Shown here: positions 33,908 to 41,720 of the stretch, piece after piece
Position numbering within the stretch: position 1 is the first letter of the stretch
Layout of the letters: the number at the start of each line of letters is the position of its first letter
NCBI GenBank assembly: GCA_016186955.1
Contig: JACPKP010000001.1
Coordinates: 1 to 59,861, forward strand
Source: Candidatus Daviesbacteria bacterium
GTDB lineage: Bacteria > Patescibacteriota > Microgenomatia > Daviesbacterales > UBA10151
Length of the DNA stretch: 59,861 bases
Reading direction: 5' to 3'
Translations under genes and position numbers: made by a program
Notes under the pieces: model-generated
Database searches by the model: none
What the model was told of the DNA's origin: nothing
The model's input: only the letters and a program-made list of their open reading frames with translations

Positions 33908-34816
33908 TTAAAATTTAACAATTAAAATCCTCTGTTTTTTGGCAAGGTCCAATTTAATTTCAGGTTTTGCCTGCGGGAAAAACCTGAAAGTTTCCAGCAC
34001 AGCTGTTTCTGACTGGGCATAGTCAATTTCAGCGATCAGGTATTTTGGGATAATATTGAACTTTTTCATTTGGGCAAACATTCTCCTGTAAAGCTGGAAG
34101 CCGTCTTTGTCCCCATCCAGGGCAATTTTGGGTTCCCAATCAGTTACCATCGGGTCGATATACATCAGCCTGGCTGTGGGGATATAGGGTAGGTTGGCGA
34201 CAATAATGTCTAATTTCCGGAAAGACTCGGAATGACTCGGAGATTCAGAGTTCCGGTGAATCTGATTATCTGACTCAATGATCTTCTGAGTTGTTCTGAC
34301 CTCCGAAGGAGGGGTGTACTGTTGTTCTGAAAATATGTCCAGCAGATCACTTTCCAGAAAAAAGATTTTGTTATAGACTTTGTGGAATTTGGCATTTTTT
34401 TGAGCCACTTCAAGGGCTTTTTTGGAAACATCAGTAGCAATGATCTTGGAATTTGGCAAGTTTTTGGCAATTGCTATGGCGATGCAGCCGGAGCCAGTAC
34501 CCACGTCTAGGATGGAAATAATGTCATTCCCGCGAAAGCGGGAATCCATCTTCAAAATGGATCCCCCATAAGCAGAGCTTGTCATTTGCTGACGCAAAAG
34601 GTCAGGTTGGGGATGACAAAGAGAGAACACGACATCCACTAAAAGCTCTGTCTCTGGTCTGGGGATTAAAACATCCCTGGTGAGATAGAATTTTAATTTG
34701 TAAAATTCAGTCCAACCCTGTGCATACTGTTTAGGTTGTTCCGACACACTCTGGATTCTTTGGATTTCTGATTTTAAAGTTGTACCTTTTTTCATAATAT
34801 TCCAAAACTTCACCAT
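33908..34816 (-). CDS. prmC: release-factor glutamine methyltransferase PrmC with two repeat-derived insertions
   Basis: LIPRPETELLVD, SAM motif LDVGTGSGCIAIAIAK, and the catalytic tetrapeptide as NLPY (IVANLPYIP). Located directly downstream of prfA. Confidence 0.85.
   Translation of the reverse strand: MVKFWNIMKKGTTLKSEIQRIQSVSEQPKQYAQGWTEFYKLKFYLTRDVLIPRPETELLVDVVFSLCHPQPDLLRQQMTSSAYGGSILKMDSRFRGNDIISILDVGTGSGCIAIAIAKNLPNSKIIATDVSKKALEVAQKNAKFHKVYNKIFFLESDLLDIFSEQQYTPPSEVRTTQKIIESDNQIHRNSESPSHSESFRKLDIIVANLPYIPTARLMYIDPMVTDWEPKIALDGDKDGFQLYRRMFAQMKKFNIIPKYLIAEIDYAQSETAVLETFRFFPQAKPEIKLDLAKKQRILIVKF
34216..34262. repeat. TCGGA-rich repeat inside prmC
   Basis: TCCGGAAAGACTCGGAATGACTCGGAGATTCAGAGTTCCGG contains a direct GACTCGGA duplication and resembles the arms of the 41455-41529 hairpin element. 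On the minus strand it encodes ..HRNSESPSHSESFRK.. just before the NLPY motif. Confidence 0.5.
34522..34618. mobile_element. MITE-like element with TGTCAT(T/C)CCC terminal inverted repeats inside prmC
   Basis: TGTCATTCCC (34522-34531) ... GGGGATGACA (34609-34618). Inner hairpin ATTCCCGC-GAAA-GCGGGAAT (34526-34545). It encodes ..HPQPDLLRQQMTSSAYGGSILKMDSRFRGNDI.. immediately before the SAM-binding motif. Confidence 0.65.
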
Positions 34817-34836
34817 TGTGAAATAATGGTATAGAT

Positions 34837-35778
34837 TTAGGCAGGTTTGTCAAGGTTATCCTGGAGAGTTCGGATTACCGGTTCTAGATTGCCTTCTAAA
34901 ATATCTTCCAAATTATGCCACGACTTTCCAATCCTGTGGTCTGTAACCCTGTTTTGGGGGAAGTTGTAAGTCCTGATTTTCTCACTTCGCTCTCCCGTTC
35001 CCACCATGGCGGATCTTGCTCCTGAAACCTCCTGTGCTTTTTGCGCCTGTTCTATCTCCCAAAGCTTGGCCCGAAGCAGCGCCATGGCATTTTCCCTGTT
35101 TTGCAGCTGGCTTCTCTCGGTTTGGGCTGTGACCACAATACCACTGGGTTTGTGTTTTACTCTCACAGCAGTTGAGACCTTGTTCACATTTTGCCCGCCT
35201 GCTCCGCCTGAACGGAAAGCCTCAAATTCTATATCAGCAGAGTTTATGTAAACCTCACTCTCTTTGACCTCTGGTAGTACTGCCACTGTTGCGGTTGAGG
35301 TATGAATCCTTCCTGAGCTTTCGGTCTTTGGGACCCTTTGGATCCGGTGCACACCTGCTTCAAACTTTAAGTTTGGATAAACATCCCTGCCATGAATTTT
35401 TAAAACAACCTGTTTTAATTGTCCGATCCCACCCTCGGATCTATCCAGTTCCTCAACAATCCAGCCTTGTTTTTCCGCAAACTTTAAATACATCCGCAAA
35501 AGGTCAGATGCAAAAAGCCCTGCCTCGTCTCCACCCGCAGCAGAACGGATCTCCAAAATTGCAACATTAGGGTTATACGATTTATGGGACGTATCAGATT
35601 CATACGGCGTTGTAGTAATTGGTTGGGAAGCGGAGGTTTTTAGTTCTTCTTTCTGTTTTTCCAACTCTTCAATCTCTGCCCGGGCAAGTTGGGCCATTTC
35701 AGGATCCCCCAATAAGGGAGTTACCTCAGCGATTCTGTTATCAATATCTGCCAACTGCTGTTTTATATAGTTGTCCAT
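34837..35778 (-). CDS. prfA: peptide chain release factor 1
   Basis: GGQ motif (SGGAGGQNVNKVSTAVR), RF1-type PxT tripeptide as PKT (RIQRVPKTESSGRIHTS), and the downstream prmC context. 313 aa, with a short N-terminal domain. Confidence 0.9.
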   Translation of the reverse strand: MDNYIKQQLADIDNRIAEVTPLLGDPEMAQLARAEIEELEKQKEELKTSASQPITTTPYESDTSHKSYNPNVAILEIRSAAGGDEAGLFASDLLRMYLKFAEKQGWIVEELDRSEGGIGQLKQVVLKIHGRDVYPNLKFEAGVHRIQRVPKTESSGRIHTSTATVAVLPEVKESEVYINSADIEFEAFRSGGAGGQNVNKVSTAVRVKHKPSGIVVTAQTERSQLQNRENAMALLRAKLWEIEQAQKAQEVSGARSAMVGTGERSEKIRTYNFPQNRVTDHRIGKSWHNLEDILEGNLEPVIRTLQDNLDKPA

Positions 35779-35784
35779 AGATTA

Positions 35785-35813
35785 ATTCTAAATTTTTAAT
35801 TTTTAATTTTCAA
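35785..35813 (-). promoter_or_regulatory. candidate promoter placed for a leaderless prfA mRNA
   Basis: Minus strand: TTGAAA (35813-35808), 17-nt spacer, TAGAAT (35790-35785), 6 nt, ATG (35778). Confidence 0.45.
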
Positions 35814-35887
35814 TCAATTTTAAATTTTCAAACATTAACACATTGAAAATTCAATAAAAATTACAAATTGGTAATTGAAAATTATTG

Positions 35888-36214
35888 CTAGCTGTGGAGA
35901 TCCTTGCGGGCCTGCATTAATAAGTCTTTGAGGGTTGGTTTATCGATAGTCTGTTTTTGGGTTTTAGCTGCCCTCGCTTGCAGGATCTGTTTCTTGAGTT
36001 CAGATCTTTCTTCTGATTTTTTAACTTTCTGGGAAAACTTCTCAACCTGGCCTAAAGTATCAACAAACTTTTGCGACCCTGTAAAAAGGGGGTGGCATTT
36101 GGAACAAATTTCCACACGGATCTCTGCCAGTGTTGAACCGGTTATAAAACTATTACCACAGGCACAAGTAACTTTGGTCTCTCTAAACCAGTTTGGATGT
36201 ATACCCTGTTTCAT
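35888..36214 (-). CDS. rpmE: 50S ribosomal protein L31 with C-terminal Lys-rich extension
   Basis: MKQGIHPNW.., CxC...[10 protein letters not shown] zinc-ribbon signature. 108 aa, with ~40 residues beyond the usual core. Confidence 0.9.
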   Translation of the reverse strand: MKQGIHPNWFRETKVTCACGNSFITGSTLAEIRVEICSKCHPLFTGSQKFVDTLGQVEKFSQKVKKSEERSELKKQILQARAAKTQKQTIDKPTLKDLLMQARKDLHS

Positions 36215-36268
36215 TACTGTATTATAGCAGGGTATTAAACCAGGATCAAGTTTGGCTATCTGAAGATG

Positions 36269-36730
36269 CTACTTTTGCTGGAATTGGTTAAACCATTCAA
36301 CCCTTTCCTGGTAGCATTCCTGTAAGCTTTTAGGTTGCAGGATCCCTTTGAGGGCATTTAAGCTGTTCTCATTCTTGCAGTCTCCTGCCAGGTTTTGAGC
36401 AAAAGCCATGACAATCTGGTTTAAAGCAGCATCAGTTTGTTCGGCTACGTTCACCAGGTTAGATGTTAGATCAGAACTATCTTCATTAAGCCGTTTCTCC
36501 AGGGCTTCCAGTTTAGCAATACTTGCACTCTCATCCCTTAAAGCGCTTACTCTTGTATCTACAACTTCAACATCCTTGGCTATTTTTTGTTCAACCCTTG
36601 CTAGGTCTGTCTTTGTTGCCTTGTTTGGGTTGTCAGCCCTGTTGATTATGGATTCCACTGTTGCATATCCACCCAGCAAAATTGCCGTAACAAGCCCGAC
36701 TCTTTCTACTGTATTTGCCATATTTTTCAC
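36269..36730 (-). CDS. membrane-anchored coiled-coil protein
   Basis: 153-aa ORF with one N-terminal hydrophobic helix, then heptad-like Ala/Leu/Glu-rich sequence. Confidence 0.6.
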   Translation of the reverse strand: MKNMANTVERVGLVTAILLGGYATVESIINRADNPNKATKTDLARVEQKIAKDVEVVDTRVSALRDESASIAKLEALEKRLNEDSSDLTSNLVNVAEQTDAALNQIVMAFAQNLAGDCKNENSLNALKGILQPKSLQECYQERVEWFNQFQQK

Positions 36731-36741
36731 CCCCTTCCTTT

Positions 36742-37227
36742 TTAAGATAATGCTTGTTTAAAAATTTCCCCGCTTCTTGTTACCACAAACCCCAACCCCA
36801 AGGTCATTAAAATTGCCAACTCAACAGTCGGCAGGATAATTTCATTTTGGCGGGATATTGTAAATTCCTCTTTCATTTTGATCCTTGACTGAAGATCTTT
36901 ATAATAAGATAATTTTTCTTGGATTTCCGGAGGTTGTGGGGTAGGGATGTAAAAAACTTCCATTGCCGGGTACTCAGGTTTACTGTTTTGTTTAATATAT
37001 TCTGTAGCTTCTGGCAATTGTTCAGGAGAAATTCCAGGGAAGGTTAGATTAGCATCTAGGTTTATTACATCACCCTCCCTGATGATATATCCTGTGCCGA
37101 ACCCAACACCAAACACAACCCCCAACGCTGCCAGGTTTAAACAAATGTCTTTAGGAAGCAATCTTTCCTTTATTGTAGCCATATGATTAGCGTAAGAGTA
37201 ATGTAAGAGTTGTGCTTTGTCAAGCAC
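36742..37227 (-). CDS. hypothetical membrane protein
   Basis: 161-aa ORF with GTG start; an alternative ATG at 37182 gives MATIKERL. Two hydrophobic helices, one near each end. Confidence 0.55.
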   Translation of the reverse strand: MLDKAQLLHYSYANHMATIKERLLPKDICLNLAALGVVFGVGFGTGYIIREGDVINLDANLTFPGISPEQLPEATEYIKQNSKPEYPAMEVFYIPTPQPPEIQEKLSYYKDLQSRIKMKEEFTISRQNEIILPTVELAILMTLGLGFVVTRSGEIFKQALS

Positions 37228-37230
37228 GTG

Positions 37231-38175
37231 TTATGTCCGATGGTGCTTATGTTCTGTGTGATGATGGTGGGGTTTACCCATGGTTCCCCAATAAACACCT
37301 AAAACTACCAGACATGTCCCGATAATGAAAGAAAAAGAGATGCGCTCCCCCAAAAATGGGACAGCCAATGTTGCTGCAACTGCAGGTTCAATATAAGTAA
37401 AAAGGTTGGCTCGGGTTATATCGATTTTTGTAAACCCCCATTCCATAAAAAACATCGCTGAGATTGAAGAAAGGATTACTATAAATAAAAAACCCAGCAG
37501 GCCCAAAATACTGATATGAGAAAACCAGTTTGGGTTATTAAAGTAATCAAGGAGGGCAGGGATAGAGAACGTTGCCGCCCCGACAGCAAACATAACTGCC
37601 AAAACAAGCAGGGGAGGATAGGTTTTTAAAACTTCTTTAGAAAGTATTGCGCCAACTACAAAAGATATGGATGACAGTATAATCAACAGGTTGCCGATTA
37701 AGCCCTGTGTTGAGAAATTACCCAAAAAAAACAGAGGTAGGCCTATTACGAATAGGGCGCCTGATAGGCCCAAAGTGATCCCCAACAAATTTATCCAATA
37801 GATTTTTTCTTTTAAAAACCACCACCCGCCCAAAACAGACAGGATTGGTATAATCAGTGTTAAAACCGAGGAGTCAATAGCAGAGGTCCTTTTTAAACCC
37901 TCATAAAAAAGGGCGATATTAATGGTTATTAAAAACAGTCCGACAGACAAAAGTTTAGGTAAGTGTTTTACCTCAATCTTCCGCTTTTTTGGTTCAATCT
38001 CAAGAAGAAATGGTGTGATCAATATTATAGCCATAAAGAATCTGAGAAAAGCCAGGCTCATGACAGGGAACTCCTGCAAAGTTATTTTGGCTACCACAAA
38101 ATTTGCCCCCCAGATAACGTGTGCTGTAAAAAGGGCAAGGTAGGGGAGACCCGCTTTCCATATTTTTAGTTTCAT
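37231..38175 (-). CDS. EamA/DMT-superfamily transporter with His-rich C-terminal tail
   Basis: 314 aa, about 10 TM helices in two halves. HVIWGANFVVAK is an EamA-like start. Ends in GKPHHHHTEHKHHRT. Confidence 0.75.
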   Translation of the reverse strand: MKLKIWKAGLPYLALFTAHVIWGANFVVAKITLQEFPVMSLAFLRFFMAIILITPFLLEIEPKKRKIEVKHLPKLLSVGLFLITINIALFYEGLKRTSAIDSSVLTLIIPILSVLGGWWFLKEKIYWINLLGITLGLSGALFVIGLPLFFLGNFSTQGLIGNLLIILSSISFVVGAILSKEVLKTYPPLLVLAVMFAVGAATFSIPALLDYFNNPNWFSHISILGLLGFLFIVILSSISAMFFMEWGFTKIDITRANLFTYIEPAVAATLAVPFLGERISFSFIIGTCLVVLGVYWGTMGKPHHHHTEHKHHRT

Positions 38176-38221
38176 TCGTTGTGTCTAAATTGTAAGGTAT
38201 TGGTGTAAAGAAGTCGAGCTT

Positions 38222-40180
38222 TTAAGGGTTTGATAATTCTTTTACCAGATTGTCAAGCGTGAGTGTATCCTGGGTTTTGTTTGTTAAATCCTTCAGTGTA
38301 ACCTGGTTTGCAGCCTGCTCATCAGGCCCGATGATTACAGCATACGGTATCCCTTTTTGGTCGGCATATTTTAACTGTTTTTCAAGCTTAGATGCGGGAT
38401 CTAACCAAACTTCAGCATTAATATTGTTTAAGCGTAAGCGGGAACTAATTTCCAGGGATTTTTCCAATAGCTCAGGGTTGAAAACTGTTACTAAAACTTT
38501 TGTTTCGGTTGGTTTGTTTTCCAATTTACCTGCCTCATCCAATGCTTCTATGGTTCTGTCCAGCCCGATTGCAAACCCGACTGCAGGCAGGTCTAAACCG
38601 GTAAATTTACCGATCATCTTATCCCACCTGCCTCCTCCGAGCAGGGATGAAGAGTTGGGGTTTGATTTTAAAACCACTTCAAAAATCAGCCCGGTATAGT
38701 AATCTAAACCGCGTACCATGGTGGGTTCAAAAACCAAAGAATCTTTTGGGTAACCCAGCTTTTCGTATAAAGCCATAATTTTTTTTAAATTCCCAGTAGG
38801 ATTGAGGGCTTGGATTTTTTGTAGCGTTGCAGCAGCGTCATTTTTAGACAGGCCTTTTTGCTCAAGCTCCATCAAAACCCTTTCTTCACCGATTTTTGAG
38901 AGCTTATCTATGGCTGCTAAATATTTTGGCTCCACATCCCAAAACAATGTACGATCGCACATTTTTATGACAACTTCAAGCCCCAAGTTTTTATAAATTT
39001 CATAAACCAAACCCAAAATTTCAGCATCTGCCAGGGGAGTGGTGACCCCAACTATATCCGCATCAGCTTGGGTAAACTCCCGGTACCTGCCTTTTTGGGG
39101 GTTTTCCCCGCGGAAGTTAGGCTGGATCTGGTAGCGTTTAAACGGGATAGGCAGGAGCTGTTGGCCACCTGGCCCATATTGGGCTATCACTCTCGCCAGA
39201 GGCACAGTCTGGTCATACCTTAAAGCCACCTCGTCACCGCCTTTTGTTTTAAATTCATAGATCAATTTTTCCTCCTCACCATATTTTCCCTTTAACATGT
39301 CAGCATACTCTAGGGTGGGAGTCTCCAGCGGGTCAAAGCCAAATTTTTGGAAGACTAAGATAATTTTGCCCAAAACAGCCTGCCGCTTGATTGCATCAGC
39401 GGGCAAGAAGTCCCTAAAACCTTTTGGTGTCTGCATTTTTACTTTGTCCATTTCTTCTCCTTTAGTATATATGCATCTTTGCCCGGTGTCGACCCCGGTA
39501 TTAAACCTTTGACAACCCCTACAAACCTCGACCTTTGGGCCTAAAACCTGTTGCATACCAAACCTTTGGGCAACAGCAACCATAGGTGATCCCATGTTAG
39601 TTCTCATCACAACCGGTTGTTTCAGTTGGATTGCTTTAGATACTAACTTTTCAACTAACTTATTACTGAGACCTTTGCCTCTGTAAGGCTCCCTAACCCC
39701 TACCTCTGAAATGTAAAAAAACTGATCTTCTATACCGTTTAAGTTCAAAACGGTTTCGATGTTTTCCTGCATTAAACCAGTTTTATATTTTTCCAGAATA
39801 AACTCAGAAGTATCAAAAACAAAACCCAAACCAAAGCCTACAAATCTGCCTAAATAATCAGGCAGATTCCGGTATGCAATCTTAGGATCCCTTAAGATAA
39901 CTGTTAAACTATCCAATCTTTGGCAGTCAAGTGTTAGATAATTTTTAGTTTCCTGATAAGGATAGGCTTCAACCAAACTACCAGAGCACTCTTTCGGGCA
40001 AATGTCACCCTTTTTTGTATCCAGTCCATAAAATGATTCACATTCTAAGCACTTAGTTTTTTCATTCCAGGGCGGGCCGGCAAAAACTTCCTGGTATGCT
40101 AAAACCAGTTCGGTTGTATCTACTTCCGGTCTGAATTTATACATATTAATCATTTCCATGTTCCTCCTCACCCCCTCCAA
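38222..40180 (-). CDS. hisS: histidine--tRNA ligase fused to a ~235-aa N-terminal GNAT-like domain
   Basis: The C-terminal ~415 aa carry PKGFRDFLP, FRGENPQKGRYREFTQ (motif 2), GGGRWD, GFAIGLDR (motif 3) and an anticodon-binding tail. The N-terminal part has a GNAT motif A (VREPYRGKGLSNKLVEKL) and a CxxC..CxxxC cluster. There is no in-frame stop between the two parts. Confidence 0.85.
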   Translation of the reverse strand: MEGVRRNMEMINMYKFRPEVDTTELVLAYQEVFAGPPWNEKTKCLECESFYGLDTKKGDICPKECSGSLVEAYPYQETKNYLTLDCQRLDSLTVILRDPKIAYRNLPDYLGRFVGFGLGFVFDTSEFILEKYKTGLMQENIETVLNLNGIEDQFFYISEVGVREPYRGKGLSNKLVEKLVSKAIQLKQPVVMRTNMGSPMVAVAQRFGMQQVLGPKVEVCRGCQRFNTGVDTGQRCIYTKGEEMDKVKMQTPKGFRDFLPADAIKRQAVLGKIILVFQKFGFDPLETPTLEYADMLKGKYGEEEKLIYEFKTKGGDEVALRYDQTVPLARVIAQYGPGGQQLLPIPFKRYQIQPNFRGENPQKGRYREFTQADADIVGVTTPLADAEILGLVYEIYKNLGLEVVIKMCDRTLFWDVEPKYLAAIDKLSKIGEERVLMELEQKGLSKNDAAATLQKIQALNPTGNLKKIMALYEKLGYPKDSLVFEPTMVRGLDYYTGLIFEVVLKSNPNSSSLLGGGRWDKMIGKFTGLDLPAVGFAIGLDRTIEALDEAGKLENKPTETKVLVTVFNPELLEKSLEISSRLRLNNINAEVWLDPASKLEKQLKYADQKGIPYAVIIGPDEQAANQVTLKDLTNKTQDTLTLDNLVKELSNP

Positions 40181-41276
40181 AGCTGTGGATTAAGGCAGAA
40201 TATTTGCCTTCAGCTTTCAAAAGGTTTGGTATAAAAACATACTCATTCTCTTTGTGGGCCATCTCCAAATTACCGGCGCCGAATGTTATACTCGGTACTT
40301 TATTGAAAACCTGCCACAGCATTTGAGTATCTATAAACCCGAAGGACCCGAGGCCTAAGTAATTTTTACCTGTAATTTTCTCAACCTTTTTTAGCTTGTT
40401 TTTTGGCGTCATCCATAATCCAAAATCATGCCTAATTTTATAATTTATTAGTTTTAACCCTTCTTTTTCAATCAAACTTTTAAATATTTCAACCACCCTT
40501 TTTGCATTTAATTTTGGGTCAGCAGGCCTAATATCCAAAACAAATTCAGCTATATCTGCAACATTATTTCCCTCCCTGCCTATTCCTTTGCCTAAATCCA
40601 AACCGCCTTGAATATAAGCTAAATTACAGCTGGTTTTCCCAAGCATATTGTCCCGGTACTTTTCTATAATATTTTTTAGTTCGTTTATGGCATTTATACT
40701 ACCCAGGATGGCATTTTTACCATTTTGGGGTTTAGAAGCATGCGCTGTCTTTCCTTTGACTTGAAAATTTATTTCAATTAAGCCCCTGCAACCATTGCCA
40801 ATGCTAAGGTTATATCCATCTGCAGATATAATCAGTTTTGGATTAATTTTACTTCTGTACTCATCAATAAATTTTTTCATCCCCAAAAAATCATATTCTT
40901 CATCAACATATAAAAGCAGCATTAAACCTTTGGTTTTTTGAACTTTTCCTAAAGCACAAATTAAGGCTGCCAAAGAGCCTTTCATGTCTGTTGATCCAAG
41001 CCCAAAAAGTTTTTCACCCCTAACCCGGGGTTTTAATGCATTATTGCCTTTTGGTTGTACAGTATCTATGTGCGCACAAATAAGTAGTTTCGTCGGGTAT
41101 TTATCTTTTAAAATAATATTAAACCGGTTATTTTCTACAGGTTGTTTAATAACTGCAAAGTTTTTCAAACTTTTCAGGAATTTATATAAAAACTCGCCAA
41201 TTTTTTGTTCGTCAAAACCCTGCCCCACAAAAGAGGGGATTGAAACAAGCTTCTTTGTTAAATTTGTTACATTCAT
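40146..41276 (-). CDS. M20-family metallopeptidase (ArgE/DapE-like)
   Basis: The ATG at 41276 (MNVTNLTKK) is preceded by GGAAAGG. ICAHIDTVQP, GLGSTDMKGSLAA, YVDEEYDFLG and HKENEY match M20 metal-ligand regions. The 3' end overlaps the hisS ORF by 35 nt. Confidence 0.8.
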   Translation of the reverse strand: MNVTNLTKKLVSIPSFVGQGFDEQKIGEFLYKFLKSLKNFAVIKQPVENNRFNIILKDKYPTKLLICAHIDTVQPKGNNALKPRVRGEKLFGLGSTDMKGSLAALICALGKVQKTKGLMLLLYVDEEYDFLGMKKFIDEYRSKINPKLIISADGYNLSIGNGCRGLIEINFQVKGKTAHASKPQNGKNAILGSINAINELKNIIEKYRDNMLGKTSCNLAYIQGGLDLGKGIGREGNNVADIAEFVLDIRPADPKLNAKRVVEIFKSLIEKEGLKLINYKIRHDFGLWMTPKNKLKKVEKITGKNYLGLGSFGFIDTQMLWQVFNKVPSITFGAGNLEMAHKENEYVFIPNLLKAEGKYSALIHSFGGGEEEHGND

Positions 41277-41303
41277 ATAAAACCTTTCCGTTTCCAAAAA
41301 CAC

Positions 41304-41329
41304 CACGATCGTAGTATTAATGTCAACAG
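41304..41329 (-). repeat. 26-bp motif CTGTTGACATTAATACTACGATCGTG (read on the minus strand) upstream of the M20 gene
   Basis: Exact reverse complement of 53649-53674. It ends 27 nt before the M20 ATG and contains TTGACA and the CGATCG palindrome. Confidence 0.9.
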
Positions 41330-41454
41330 TTTAACCTTCCACCTCCGAGGTGCCAGGCTACGACCACCAAAAAACCTCCCGTTCTTTGCCCACCATGTTT
41401 TTCTGCCCCGAATGAACGGGGGACATGATAAGCAAGGAACGAGAGGCTAGTTCG

Positions 41455-41529
41455 GATATCAGAAGTCAGATTTCGGATTTCAGATAAAAATACAAATTAT
41501 CTGATTTCCGACTTCCGACCTCCGATATC
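41455..41529 (-). repeat. 75-bp long-hairpin (MITE-like) element
   Basis: Arms bounded by GATATC (41455-41460 and 41524-41529). The three A/G differences between the arms are G-U pairs only in the minus-strand RNA. Confidence 0.7.
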
Positions 41530-41531
41530 TG

Positions 41532-41554
41532 AAAAAGGGACCTCCCGCGGTCCC
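41532..41554 (-). terminator. intrinsic terminator (minus strand)
   Basis: Minus strand: GGGACC-GCGGGA-GGTCCC followed by TTTTT. Confidence 0.6.
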
Positions 41555-41714
41555 ATCCTTGGTACCTGAAAGTATTACTACTTTCAAGCTCTCAGTGGCG
41601 ACTCCGGGTATTCCGACATCGTCTGCTTTATTTTACAGTTAAGCTTCTGTAGGGTATTTGGCCCTCAGCATCCCGGGTCGTGACTCCGGTCAGGCGCTTG
41701 TAATATTAAATTGT
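41555..41714 (-). ncRNA. candidate structured leader or small RNA between the promoter at 41721-41748 and the terminator at 41532-41554
   Basis: About 180 nt in total. Contains an 8-bp hairpin UGAAAGUA-GUAA-UACUUUCA, a twice-repeated CCGGAGUC..CUGAG(G/A)G motif, and AAGGAUGGGACCGCGG resembling the T-box core. No ORF. Confidence 0.35.
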
Positions 41715-41720
41715 CAATAC

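Noticed and set aside
41671-41700. Plus-strand GGGTCGTGACTCCGGTCAGGCGC resembles the 5' half of the ZTP (pfl) riboswitch core GGGUCGUGACUGGCG.
   Set aside because: No downstream CCGCCUGGGCA-type pseudoknot partner. The plus strand here is antisense to all neighbouring genes, so there is nothing to regulate.
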